From: Tetramitus jugosus
Lineage: Eukaryota; Protista; Heterolobosea
Direction of reading: 5' to 3'
NCBI GenBank assembly: GCA_937625935.1
Contig: OW569378.1
Coordinates: 248,001 to 312,000 of the forward strand
Length of the DNA: 64,000 bases
The notes beneath the pieces were generated by a model. That model made no database searches and was not told the DNA's origin. It was given only the letters and a program-made list of their open reading frames with translations. Positions 21,345-32,158 of the stretch are shown here, in pieces. How positions within the stretch are numbered: position 1 is the first letter of the stretch; each line of letters opens with the position of its first letter. The position numbers and the translations under genes were made by a program.

Positions 21345-21800
21345 AGTCAATACTCCCAAATTGAGTCCATTTCCAGTACGTAAGTTTAGAGAAGACACTC
21401 TTTTTGACTCTTTCTATTGATTCCCATCACTGGAAATTTCAAACCTTCATCCACTTCTCTAATTCGATCATAATGCTTGTAAATCCTAAGAATATCATCC
21501 TCCGATCTCACCGAATGATTGAGCTTCTCAATTTGAAAGTTTTTGACCTAAGGGATAACAAAATCGAGTGTTGATTTTGCAACCTTGATTATTACAGAAA
21601 TTACAAGCTCCTTTTCCACCATGTTGTTGTTGTTAAAAGAGGGAAGCTTTAGAGGGCAAATCACAACAGGAATTAATACACAGAGCTCTTACTAAAACCT
21701 GCCGACCATATGGATCCAGCGAGGAGATTCCTTTTTCAATTTCTTGCAGCTCTTCGATCAAGACTGAAAACAAGATATTTGATTCAGTCTTTTCTTGTCC
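21345..21800 (-). mobile_element. CACTA/EnSpm(CMC)-like transposase remnant
   Basis: Manual minus-strand translation with frameshifts: LFSVLIEELQEIEKG...VRALCINSCCDLPSKA...HGGKGACNFC...SVFSKLTYW. Confidence 0.6.
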
Positions 21801-22249
21801 GGATCAGATTGACTACTTGATTCGGATTCTATTCTTTCTCTCTGGCGATTACCTGGCATACAATAGCCCTTTGTGTGAAGCAGAGATTGGTGATCCTCAG
21901 AAACGTGTGATCAAGATGTGAAACAAGATGTGCCCTTGGTTTCCACGAGTCATTGTAATATTCTCTTCCTCACTAATCTCGTAGAACTTGTTGTCTAACG
22001 TAAAACTGTAGTTTTACCTTTCAATTAGATCTTCATTTCTCACGATTTTCTTGTACATGGAAGACAAATCCAGCATTGTATGCACACAATGTGCGACATA
22101 TTGTTCAAGCTTCTGTGATTTGGTACGATACGAGTTAAGTTGTTCTTGACTCGTATCGTACTTAACCTTCAATGTGTCATACTTTTTCTCCCAATCGATA
22201 CGATCATTCCTTTGATTGCTTGGAACTTGATCAATGTTGATTGCTCTTT

Positions 22250-22343
22250 GTTTGTGGAATTCATGGCGCATTGAATTATCACCAAGATGATTCTCAGTGT
22301 GAATTTCACACAGTATCCTGTTCCTTTCGGAATAGTAAACCAC
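22250..22343 (-). mobile_element. Integrase Zn-binding (H2C2) N-terminal remnant
   Basis: ERNRILCEIHTENHLGDN matches the R..IL...H...HLG pattern. Confidence 0.4.
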
Positions 22344-22699
22344 AATGGAGTTGAAGAGTGTTGTACTTCACAGTACTTTTCGAATTCCTTTCCATTAGCC
22401 TGCTTTGCCTTTTCCTTTTCTTCTAGAGTCAGGTCCTGGCGTAATATGAATGACAAATCTTTCTTGATTACTCGAAACTGCACATCGTCAACAATCCTGA
22501 AATTTTCTTGTTGACGTCTTCCGTTACTTGAAACTACATTCTTGTAGTTTTCTACCATAGTGTCGCTGGGAGCACGGACACACCATCTACCAGCCTTTCT
22601 GGAAGATTTTTTGGTCGTGTTGCAGTTCAGTTGTTGGTTATTCATTGTTTTTTTTGTAAAAAGAGGATATTAATTAATCCTCTTTTTCCCATTAACCCA

Positions 22700-23400
22700 G
22701 CTAAGATTTCTTCAGTGGAACGACTTGGACGTAGTGGTACCAATTTCCCGTCATCGTAGACCACAACATCGAACACTATCTTTAACTTGGTCCCATAAAC
22801 TCCAGCTTGTCCAATTTGGCCTCGAATTCCTCTAGACCTTCTCTGACATTTGTGTTGCTCAACGCTTTATCACCTATCAACACTTCATTCGTTGTTCTCC
22901 GCTTTTTCCATCTCTTTTCGCATGGCTTGCCAAGAATTTCCAGGTAAGCCCTTATCCTTGAGTATCATGGTTTTCAACTTGAACTTCCTTTTTGCTTCCT
23001 CTAACGACACCATTATCCCATCATCATCGAAGAGTTGGGAGTTTTTAGTAATGCCACTTTGAACGAGTAATAGTTACCTCTCGACAAAGGCAGAGATCTT
23101 TGCCGTTTGAATCACTTTGAATTCATTGAGTCCAATGCCACCATTGTCCTCTACTGACAGCAGCAAAGAGGGAAACCTTTCATGGCACTCGATCCATGTT
23201 TCACTGCCTTGCGTCCAACCCCCCCCAATTTCGTTTAGCCACTTGGCCAATGGGTTAACTATACCTGAGAGGTAGAGTTTTTTGAGGATGGTGGATGGGA
23301 CGACTCTGCGTAGTTGCACCTGTACAGTTAATCTCATGTGCGTACATCCTGATGGCACACCACTTGTGGTAAGTTGACACGACATTCTCGAGTCTGTTGC
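22700..23400 (-). mobile_element. Non-LTR retrotransposon RT remnant, internally deleted
   Basis: TSGVPSGC (GVxQGC motif), IVNPLAKWL...GG and LLLSVEDNGGIGL (thumb GGLGL motif). Confidence 0.55.
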
Positions 23401-23477
23401 TTTACTGAAATACATCCTGCGTTTTTTATTGATAGCAGAGCCCTATTTTTGACTGAGATCCGTTTTTTCTCCACAGT

Positions 23478-23550
23478 TCCTCCATGGCTCAGTTGGTAGA
23501 GCGTCAGGCTGTTAACCTGCAGGTCGTTGGTTCGAGCCCAACTGGAGGAG
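23478..23550 (+). tRNA. tRNA-Asn(GTT)
   Basis: Acceptor TCCTCCA/TGGAGGA, anticodon loop CTGTTAA, GGTTCGAGCC T-loop. Confidence 0.95.
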
Positions 23551-23981
23551 ACCACTTTTGTTGTTTGCCCTGTTATCGTGAAAGCCCAGCTCAGGAAAGT
23601 AATGATGCTCGTGTAACGGTAAAATTTTGGCGCGTTTGTTTAACAATCATTGATTCCGTTGACATTGTACCATACTACGAGGAGACTCATAAGTTTGTAT
23701 AATGAGAGAGTTGTGTGACACAATTGCTTCACAAGAATGCAGGTTCATAAGTTGAAAATTGGTATCAATATTGTACTCTACTATTCAGTTCTGAAGAACA
23801 GAGGAGTTGTCTCAACAACAATAGTGAATGAACAGTTCACTGGTGTGTCAGGTTTGATAAACAACGATCCATGTTCATCGAATTACCATGGAGTCCATTT
23901 GATTTCTTTCCTGCTATTTTTTTTGAAGTTTTTGGACAGTGAACATAAACAATTCATTAATTCACTCAATATTTTTTAACA

Positions 23982-24046
23982 CACTGGATCGTCCACCACA
24001 GTCAGAAATTCTTGATACATCTTGGTCAGCCTCTGTCTGTTGAGTG
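23982..24046 (-). repeat. Third fragment related to the ORF of the 2793-3645 retroposon family
   Basis: Encodes QRLTKMYQEFLTVVD versus KRLTKMYEELLTVVD in copy A (about 2920-2965). Confidence 0.7.
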
Positions 24047-24139
24047 CTTTGTCACAATTCTTCACCCGGCAGGTTAACGCCCGCGTGTCCAAAGCTGCTG
24101 AGGCAGAATTGCTGTTCTCAAACTCAGGGTAGCGGCTGT

Positions 24140-24265
24140 AAATTGAGGGACATCAGAGAAAAACTGTCAATCATGAGAGGAGTCATTGATCATGCTAACA
24201 GGAATGATGATCAATTGTACCTACTCCTGACTGATATCGCAAAGGCTTTCGACTCTGTGCCAATG
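24140..24265 (+). mobile_element. Non-LTR RT remnant
   Basis: LSIMRGVIDHA...LYLLLTDIAKAFDSVP (DxxKAFDSV motif). Confidence 0.8.
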
Positions 24266-24473
24266 CAAAACCCTCTTGGTCGTTTCCCTTTATTACTACT
24301 TCACGGCAGTTGACTGCACCACCTTTTGGTCACACTGCATGTTTGTTTTTGACATACTCACGCACCTCCATTGGAGAGGATGGAATATTTCCGTTTGCAT
24401 TCGTTTCGTTTTTTATTTTTTATTGTTTTTTCATACTAATTCGGACAATTTATGAGATTTCTCGAATATGCAA

Positions 24474-24546
24474 GCCCGTCTAGCTCAGTCGGTAGAGCGC
24501 AAGGCTCTTAACCTTGTGGTCGAGGGTTCGAGCCCCTCGGTGGGCG
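24474..24546 (+). tRNA. tRNA-Lys(CTT), copy 1
   Basis: GCCCGTC...CAAGG-CTCTTAA-CCTTG...GGTTCGAGCC...GGTGGGCG. Confidence 0.95.
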
Positions 24547-26039
24547 ATGTCCTTTTACCTTCGTGGCTCACCACAAATAATCCATTCGTCACTCATCTAG
24601 TGTAGAACCGTTCCGTGACATTGTAGTGATTCATATCTTAGTTTGTAAAAATGGTTGGTTTTTTCTCCTCATCTGTTTTTTCCTTTGCAAATGCATCAGT
24701 GGTTAAATTTAGATCATAAATAGTTATTTCACAACATAATTTTTTACTATTTATTATTTGCGTTAATTTCAGGTTCTCTCGTTAAAGCTCGAGTACTTGA
24801 TAAGATAGGTTCTTTCCGACCAATTTTTTTAATCTGACCGATCTTTATTTGTTTTGTTTCGATCCGGTTGAATTACGAAAAGATTCGTGCATCCAGTAGC
24901 CATGCAGGACAAGTTCTGTCTCTTCAATGATTTCATTATAGAGCAAACCAACTAGTCGGTCTCCGGATTGGCACGAAACAGTTGAAAGCCTCATGCAAGG
25001 TCGGGCCCTACTTTAGGTAGGTGTTTGGCCACTGATGAAACTCAACGCTCTCTTTGCCTGACGTTGCACCATTCCTGCTGTTCATTGCTCAGAGTTAAAC
25101 AAATACATTACTAGTACTGAAGTAGAAGGTGTTGTGTGACTGACTTTATTCGAAGTGTAGAAAATGAAACACATCGTGAATCACAGAGAGCTGAGCTGAC
25201 AGGTTATTCAAGATCGCTGGCTATGTTCCCAATAATATATGTCCCCATGGCTTGTCATGACAAGATCTCCGACAAGCACTAACGACTTGCTTTGATGACA
25301 AAATTGATTTAGAGTAATGACTGTGTATCGAAACTGTCTATGCGCAAATGGATCGAAGCAATGAAAAGTCATCGCCCAAATGAATATAGAACGCTATAAC
25401 TTAAATGACGAAATACCTAAACAAATCTTGACGGTACAACGATGGCTCCCTTTTGAACGGTACAGAAGAATTTCAAGATTTAATGGATGAAGACACATTT
25501 CGGATAATGTGGTCCTACTCCAGGTGTTGTCTAAATTTGATGTTCGATGTGAAGCACACAAGAACTATGATAGAACTCATAGTGAGTCTCTGACAACGAC
25601 AAGAGTCAAGAGGCTCAGTCAGAGATTCGTTAAGAATAATGTATTACAGTGCTAGTTGTTTGATCAGGGTATAGTTGAACAACTGAATTCTCAAGTTTCT
25701 AATCTCCAACATTGCATTAGGTCTGAAATTCGAGATGAGCAGATGGAGGATACATATCAGGTTGAGTAAGATAGAGCTGACCTTGTCGAGAATGTTGGGC
25801 ATCGTTATTCTATTTGTTGGATTCTTTTCTCGTGTTCTTCAAGCTAATGCTTTCACCAGCCTTGTTGCTACCGTAGTTTAGTATAGGTCGTCCATGGCAA
25901 TCCTTAATGAAGAGTCGAAACTTCAAACGCAATCCCAAACTCCATTCATACCATTGTGAAAGTAAATATATTGTGGAGTACGGGAAGTACTATTGGTTCT
26001 ATCCTTCCAAGTGCACAGGTAATTCTGTCCAAAACAACA

Positions 26040-26357
26040 GTGAAACACTTGATAATTGGAGACTCTCAGTCTTTCATGTCCGATCAAACTATTTTGTAAA
26101 ATACCTCGACGTAAATGTCCAACCAAGGGGTCGAACACTTGCTTTGTCATCGGTACAGTGATAGTGGTGACAAAGTCGTCATAGGGATGAGCTTTCCTCA
26201 TTGTGGATTTGAACATACTTGCACCAGGTCTCTGAAGAAACTATCTCTTTCGTTGGTATCTGCTTGTAATTTTGAAGGAAAGAGTCTATTTTTCGGATGC
26301 TGCACGGACTTTGTCTTGGAAATTCTACTAGAATACCTCCACGTATTCTTCAACTCG
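26040..26357 (-). mobile_element. DIRS-like element relic: ~50-bp RT fragment plus possible collapsed tyrosine-recombinase C-terminus
   Basis: 26311-26360 is nearly identical to 30720-30775 within the RT ORF. The adjacent ORF reads FKST...TVP...DPLVGHLRRGILQNSLIGHERLRVSNY (HxxR-, LGH- and Y-like). The recombinase call is tentative. Confidence 0.45.
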
Positions 26358-27028
26358 AGTTGTGCTATTACAAGCAATGGAGAGAATCAAATTTCTAAAA
26401 ATGATCTTCGTGAGATACTGTTGTCATCGCGCGAGGTTCGTGGTGCTAATAGGTGCCCAAGAACAGATATGTACAATAGACTGAGAAAGTTGTTGACCAA
26501 GGTACCGGTCTTGGATGTGGTCTTGGATGTGTTTGTTGTAAACAATTGTGTTGCTTGGGAACGTTTCATTCACAGTTGGCTGCGTAACAGGCTTATTGCT
26601 GGGGAGGTGTTTGATACCAATAGAGAGGAGGCAATCTGGTGCTTAAAACATTGCTTTGGAATGCAGTTGGATAGCAATGCTTTTGTACCTGTTCGATCGA
26701 GGTTTTTTTCCATTTTCGTGAATCAAGTGCCCCAGGTATCATTGCCACATCCTCATGTTATGGTAATCTCGGTTCCTGGTATTGATAGAGTGTTGTTGTA
26801 CTTTACAGAGTCTCCGCGATCGTGGTTCGAAGAGTTCCTCGCCAGCAGTCTCACACTCATTGTATACTTGACGCATACAACGTGGGTCTTCTGTTGAAGG
26901 ATACTACAGTAGAATCAGTGAAGGAGGATCTCGGAGCTACAACATGTTGGTTGGGTCATTAATAAAACGAGGGCTCAGGTAGTTGACTTAACTCCATGAT
27001 GTTGAGGTAGGCAGTATACAATGAGTAT
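26358..27028 (+). pseudogene. T5orf172/MUG113 (GIY-YIG superfamily) nuclease, copy 1
   Basis: RL..L...WERFIHSWLRNRLIAGEVF. The N-terminal YV...KIG motif is damaged by a deletion relative to copy 2. Confidence 0.7.
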
Positions 27029-27394
27029 TTAATATAATATCATTTTTAGAGATTTGATTCCCTCCATTGATGCTCCTGTTCTTCTATAACCTATGCCATC
27101 AACAACATTCGTTGTGAGTTCTCTACAGCGATTTCGTTGTTGAGGGCTTCTGAATTTCTTTGGTGTTGGTGCTTTTGGTGGTGTATCCACTGTACTAGGT
27201 CGAGTTCGCTTGTTCCTACTTCCTGGAGGTCTACCACGACCCTTTTTTGGTGTTGGCTGTGTGTTGCCTTGATCGCTCTCTGGTTGTGTGTTGTCCGGAT
27301 GTGAACCTCTGTCTGTACACTGTGATCCATCTCGTTGAGTGTTGTCAGTACTCTGCGTATTGTCTTGTGTTCCAGCCGTTGTCACACCATTCAC
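27029..27394 (-). CDS. Small basic AT-hook protein
   Basis: PKKGRGRPPGSRNK AT-hook; start codon uncertain. Confidence 0.5.
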   Translation of the reverse strand: MNGVTTAGTQDNTQSTDNTQRDGSQCTDRGSHPDNTQPESDQGNTQPTPKKGRGRPPGSRNKRTRPSTVDTPPKAPTPKKFRSPQQRNRCRELTTNVVDGIGYRRTGASMEGIKSLKMILY

Positions 27395-27415
27395 TTGAAC
27401 AGTGTAAATTTCAAA

Positions 27416-28462
27416 TTACGCATCTATAGCAGTGTGTGAACTACGGTTCTGAGTGAATATGCTTCGTTTCGTTCTTATGAATGTAGGAACAAGGTGATCC
27501 CTTACGCCAAATGCCTTTCCAATGTTAGATTTGTATCTTTGATCTTCAACCTGAGGACAAAGCATAGCACGTTGGTAATCCCATATCTCACTGAGTGTGT
27601 CTGGCATGCCATTGTATATCTCTGCTTGTGCTTCTGCTGATCTTAGGTGTTCTTTTAGTTCTGTCAATACCTCTTCCTCTCTACGGTATAGATAGTCTCC
27701 ATCTTGAATCGTTTCAACTACTGAGTTAAATATACGCATCAATAGATAGTTACTCAGTTTCTTCGTAGAGAATATACTATTAAGAAATGACACCATCTTA
27801 TCCATATTTACCTCCAGATCCTTATCTGCAACATCTGATCCAGATAAATTGCATAATGAAGTTTTGCAACCAGACAGCACCTCTAATGCTTCAACAAATT
27901 GCTCTTTATTCTTACGCGCTGCACTTTCTCTAGATCGATCTGTTTTAGCTTGATCTGGGTCTTTGAACTTGATTGTCTGGAAGTTGTGCCTAATATGTAT
28001 ATTCTGACCTTTCTTCAATACTATCTTCATCATCAATACATATAGTTTCGATTCCTTCTCGTTCTTCAGCATCTTATTCTTCATCTTATATGCTGCAGTT
28101 ATGATACCTATGATATCTAAAAGTGCCTGTTTCGGATGGTGTATCGTCTCATCACTTTTGCCTTTGAGACAGCTCAAATATTTATGACTGCTGTTGACAG
28201 TTCTGCCATCAATAAGGTGAAATTTGTTCTCTGCATGTATCTTCTTGAATTGGTCCTTTGTCAATACGTATCGTTCAGTCATTTCTGTTGCTCTTGATTT
28301 TCTACCTCTTCGACCACTACTAGCTTTGAATTCTTCCACATATTGCGATAGATCGAATACGTTTCTTCGTATTCTCTTATCTGATTCATCTCGTGTGGAG
28401 TATGTAACTATTCCTAACTCAGTGAATCCACGTTCAAAATCATCATCATCAATATGTGGCAT
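27416..28462 (-). CDS. Intact intronless hypothetical protein (348 aa) within the mobile island
   Basis: Long ORF with A-rich leader; no domain recognised. Confidence 0.7.
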   Translation of the reverse strand: MPHIDDDDFERGFTELGIVTYSTRDESDKRIRRNVFDLSQYVEEFKASSGRRGRKSRATEMTERYVLTKDQFKKIHAENKFHLIDGRTVNSSHKYLSCLKGKSDETIHHPKQALLDIIGIITAAYKMKNKMLKNEKESKLYVLMMKIVLKKGQNIHIRHNFQTIKFKDPDQAKTDRSRESAARKNKEQFVEALEVLSGCKTSLCNLSGSDVADKDLEVNMDKMVSFLNSIFSTKKLSNYLLMRIFNSVVETIQDGDYLYRREEEVLTELKEHLRSAEAQAEIYNGMPDTLSEIWDYQRAMLCPQVEDQRYKSNIGKAFGVRDHLVPTFIRTKRSIFTQNRSSHTAIDA

Positions 28463-28723
28463 TTTTTTTTGTTTATTTGTGTGAAAAAAAGTTTTGTGTC
28501 ACTTGTTGTCAGATACTATGTTCAAACAAATCGTGCATAAAATACGTTTATTACTTCGTGAATGATGAATACATTGTTCTACACTTCTTGAATTCATCAG
28601 CATCAATGTCTGTTGTTTCTTTGTTGCTTCTTCTCTGCGAGAGACTGTCGCGGAAAGTGACACTCACATAAACAGTGATGAGAACAACAAATAAACAAAT
28701 TAACTGATCAAGTGAGTAATGTA

Positions 28724-29429
28724 TTAATCAAGAAAGTGAATAGATCTTCTGACTGGAACAGTGTCAGCATTACAAGTACTTCTGAAGAGTTGTGGTGGTG
28801 GGTTAGTAGTGTTATGTGACAGCTCATTCAAAGCCTTGAAGATACCTCTGTCATCAGCACCTCGGGTAGTTCTCTCTCTACTGTATCCAGATCCAGTTCC
28901 ACCAACATTCCTCACTATCCAATGCATATGGACACGAAGAACATCATTGACATGATCAAACATAAATACCATAGTGGATACTGTAACACACAAACTCCTC
29001 CTTTCACTATCTTCGTATCTGGAACTTCACCAATGGTTTGCAATAGAGAGAATCCATGTTGAATCATACGGATATTGAATAGTTCTACATTTCTTGGCTT
29101 TCTCAGAACCTTCTTGATTCTTTTTCGAATGAACAACTGTCTAAATACACCATAGTCGCAGTCTATATCGCTTGATCGTGTGAACTTGGTCAGTGTCTCC
29201 CAGATAGGGTGTGTTTGATGCAATTCACAATCTTCTTCTTGACCATGGCAACAGTGGCGTTCGACGGTTTCTCCCAACCAATACCCTTTCTACTTCTCAC
29301 TCTCTGAACACGTCTTAAATCTACGGTTGGTACATAATCATCGTCGTATTGGGTGTTCTTAACTCTCGCTCTTTGTGTGAATGATCTCTCATTAATCTCT
29401 TGTTGGATGTGTTCAGTTGATGATGTCAT
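28724..29429 (-). pseudogene. Frameshifted hypothetical gene (three overlapping ORFs)
   Basis: ORFs 29190-29429, 28915-29277 and 28724-28993 tile in successive frames. Confidence 0.5.
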
Positions 29430-29815
29430 TTTTTATTCGATGTATGGTGATGTGTGAAATCGTTTTGTGTGTTTTGATGATTTTGCCCTGGTTGAGTAAA
29501 ATGTCGTTGTTATATTCCTCGTCATCATGATCTCTGTTGTGTGCTTTTGTTTGCTGTGATTTTGGTTTTTGGTAGGCAAAAAAACTTTTTTCCTTGTTGT
29601 GATCAGACAATGCAACACTGTTTCTTGTTCTTTCTGTTTAGCTGAGCAGCCCTCAAATTGGTGAAAAGTCCCAGTGCCCTCCACCCTGTCTCGTTCCCTT
29701 TCCGATCTGGAAGCGTCTTGACAACTTGCCTGTTATTACTCTTGCCGAGTTATGGAAGCGATTGCGACTTGATTTTTACTAATTCGTACAGTTTATGAGA
29801 TTTCTTGATATGCAA

Positions 29816-29888
29816 GCCCGTCTAGCTCAGTCGGTAGAGCGCAAGGCTCTTAACCTTGTGGTCGAGGGTTCGAGCCCCTCGGTGGGCG
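29816..29888 (+). tRNA. tRNA-Lys(CTT), copy 2
   Basis: Identical to copy 1; about 40 bp of 5' flank (TACTAATTCG...ATGCAA) and the GTCCTTTT 3' flank are also conserved. Confidence 0.95.
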
Positions 29889-30029
29889 TGTCCTTTTGTC
29901 TCCCCTGAGTTTTTGACGGACTTTTTATTTACAACGAGTTTTACAATGTATTTACAATAAACACACTATAAAATACAATCAAAAATCAAAAGAAAGAGAA
30001 CATCTTGCTACCATATTGCTGAGCATTGC

Positions 30030-31138
30030 TCTAGAGCATGATGTGATTGGTCTCATTGTCGCGTTCTCTACACCAATTGTACTTACCAAGAAATCGTTGC
30101 CAGGTCTTGAGATCAATGTGCTCGCTCAATTTGACAGAGTCTTATGAGCAATGACAAATCCATCAGATGCTTGTCAGTAGTATACACACCTCTTTGCTCT
30201 GAACCAAAACATATTCTGTAACCACAGAACTCAATTTCTTGTCGCGGCTTCAACATAGACTTTGTGAGACTGATGGGGAAGCCATTCTTTTCGAGAGCAA
30301 CCTTTTGTTCCTCTACAAGGGCTAGGACACGCTCCTCTGACTCACCCAATAGCAAGAAGTCATCCAGATACACCAGAGTAGTCTTATGTGCGAGATGGGA
30401 CGTGACCACTTGACAACATGCAGGGGCACATTTGATACCAAATGGCACGCGAGTAAATTTGTATACCTTTCCTTTCCATCCGACACAGCAATAGGCTTGA
30501 AATGATTCATTTAACATGATGTTTGTGTAACAGGATTTGACATCAATTGAGGCTGCATAGGAATATTGGTCAGTGAGTCCGACGAGATTCTTTCGGGTTG
30601 GCAACTTACAGTCTGAATCAAGGATGAATTTGTTCAGTTCAGTAAAGTCGAGAACCTCTCTTGGACGGTTTGGATCTGATGCTCGTGGAACTACAGCAAT
30701 GGATGCAATGAATAATGCCTTGTCTCTTGGAATTTCTACTAGAATACCCTCCTTCACGTATTCTTCAACTCGAGTATCAATCAACTGAATATTTGAGCCT
30801 TTGACCCTATTGAGGATCATTGGTTGACGAAGCTTACTGCGAACAATGGCTTCTGGCTTGTAAAATCGAATTGTCATTCCTTCCTGCAAGATTTCTTGTG
30901 GTGTTTGCCAATATGGTCGACTCAGTTTCTCTGCCTTCGCTGGAACTTTGTTGTTCTTTTCATTGCCCATAGTCGGCACAGGACCAGTAGTTAACTTGAA
31001 ACGCTTTGGAGGCTCATAATTGATGAGTACGCTTTCCCCCACTACCGACGGCTCTCCATTATTCTCTGTGTGGGTTTGTAAAACCGCTTGTAGTGCCTTC
31101 ATTAAATGCATGGCTGCCTCTTTCCATTGGTCACTCAT
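30030..31138 (-). mobile_element. DIRS/tyrosine-recombinase-retroelement-type reverse transcriptase, 3'-truncated
   Basis: R.VLDFTELNKFI, SIDVKSCY, YKFTRVPFGIKCAP, LVYLDDFLLLG and KSMLKPRQEIEFCGY; frameshifted continuation WQRFLGKYNW; no RNase H left. Confidence 0.85.
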
Positions 31139-31351
31139 CTAGGGTAGTATATGTTGTGATTGCTTTTTGAGATCCTTGTTCTAGTCCAAAATGTTCCACG
31201 TTATTAACCCATCTAACACCCATCAACCTTATTACAATCTATTACAATCCATCAACAGCCATCATACAAACAATAAATAAACACACAAAAATCTCATGCA
31301 ATCCCAAACGCTCAAACTTAACCACTTCTTTCTTTGTTGTTTTTTCGTTTT

Positions 31352-31934
31352 ATGATTAGTTGTGCTATTACAATCAATGGAGAGAATCAAATCTCTAAAA
31401 ATGATCTTCGTGAAATTGGACAGTGTATCTATGTGTTGTCATCCCGCGAGGTTCGTGGTGCTAAAATAGGTCAAAGTACAGATATGTACAATAGGCTGAG
31501 GAAGTTGTTGACCAAGGTGCTGGTCTTGGATGTGTTTGTTGAAAAATAATTGTGTTGCTTGGGAACGTTTCATTCACAGTTGGCTGCGTAACAGGCTTAT
31601 TGCAGGGGAAGTGTTTGACACCAATAGAGAGGAGGCAATCTGGTGCTTGAAACATTGCTTTGGAATGCAATTGGATAGCAATGCTTTGGTACCTGTTCGA
31701 TCGAGGTACTTCTCCATTTTTGTGAATCAAGTGCCACAGGTCTCATTGCCACAACATCCTCATGTTATGGTTGACGCATACAATGTGGGTCTTCTTGAAG
31801 GATACAACAGTAGAATAAGTGAAGGAGGATCTCAAAGCTACAACATTATATGGTTGGGTCATTAATAAAACGAGGGCTCAGGTAGTTGACTTCCTTAACT
31901 CCATGATGTTGAGGTAGACAAGTACAATGAGTAT
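31352..31934 (+). pseudogene. T5orf172/MUG113 nuclease, copy 2 (one frameshift near 31545)
   Basis: CIYVLSS...AKIGQSTDMYNRL...ERFIH..L.NR..GEVF; close duplicate of 26358-27028. Confidence 0.75.
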
Positions 31935-32130
31935 ACAACGAGATTGTTGCTTGTCGGATTGTCTCCAAAATGTAGGAGGATAGAGGATATATAATTACCA
32001 CAAAAACCACTCAGCAATTATAAAAATTTACAATTTTGTGAAGGAGTTGTACTAGAGATTGTTTTTTCTCTAAAAAAAAAGAAGATAGAAACTGTAAAAC
32101 AATTAACGCTTTAGTTGGCGGCTAAATAAA

Positions 32131-32158
32131 CCTCGGTGGGCGACGTCCTTTTTGCCTC
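32131..32158 (+). repeat. Duplicated 3' end of tRNA-Lys(CTT) plus terminator flank (att-like)
   Basis: CCTCGGTGGGCG equals the last 12 nt of tRNA-Lys. It is followed by ACGTCCTTTTTGCCTC, similar to the flanks ATGTCCTTTTACCTTC and TGTCCTTTTGTCTC. Confidence 0.85.

Noticed and set aside
29640-29770. GAAAAGTCCC resembling RNase MRP CR-I upstream of tRNA-Lys copy 2
   Set aside because: No complementary GGGGCTNA-type CR-V downstream.
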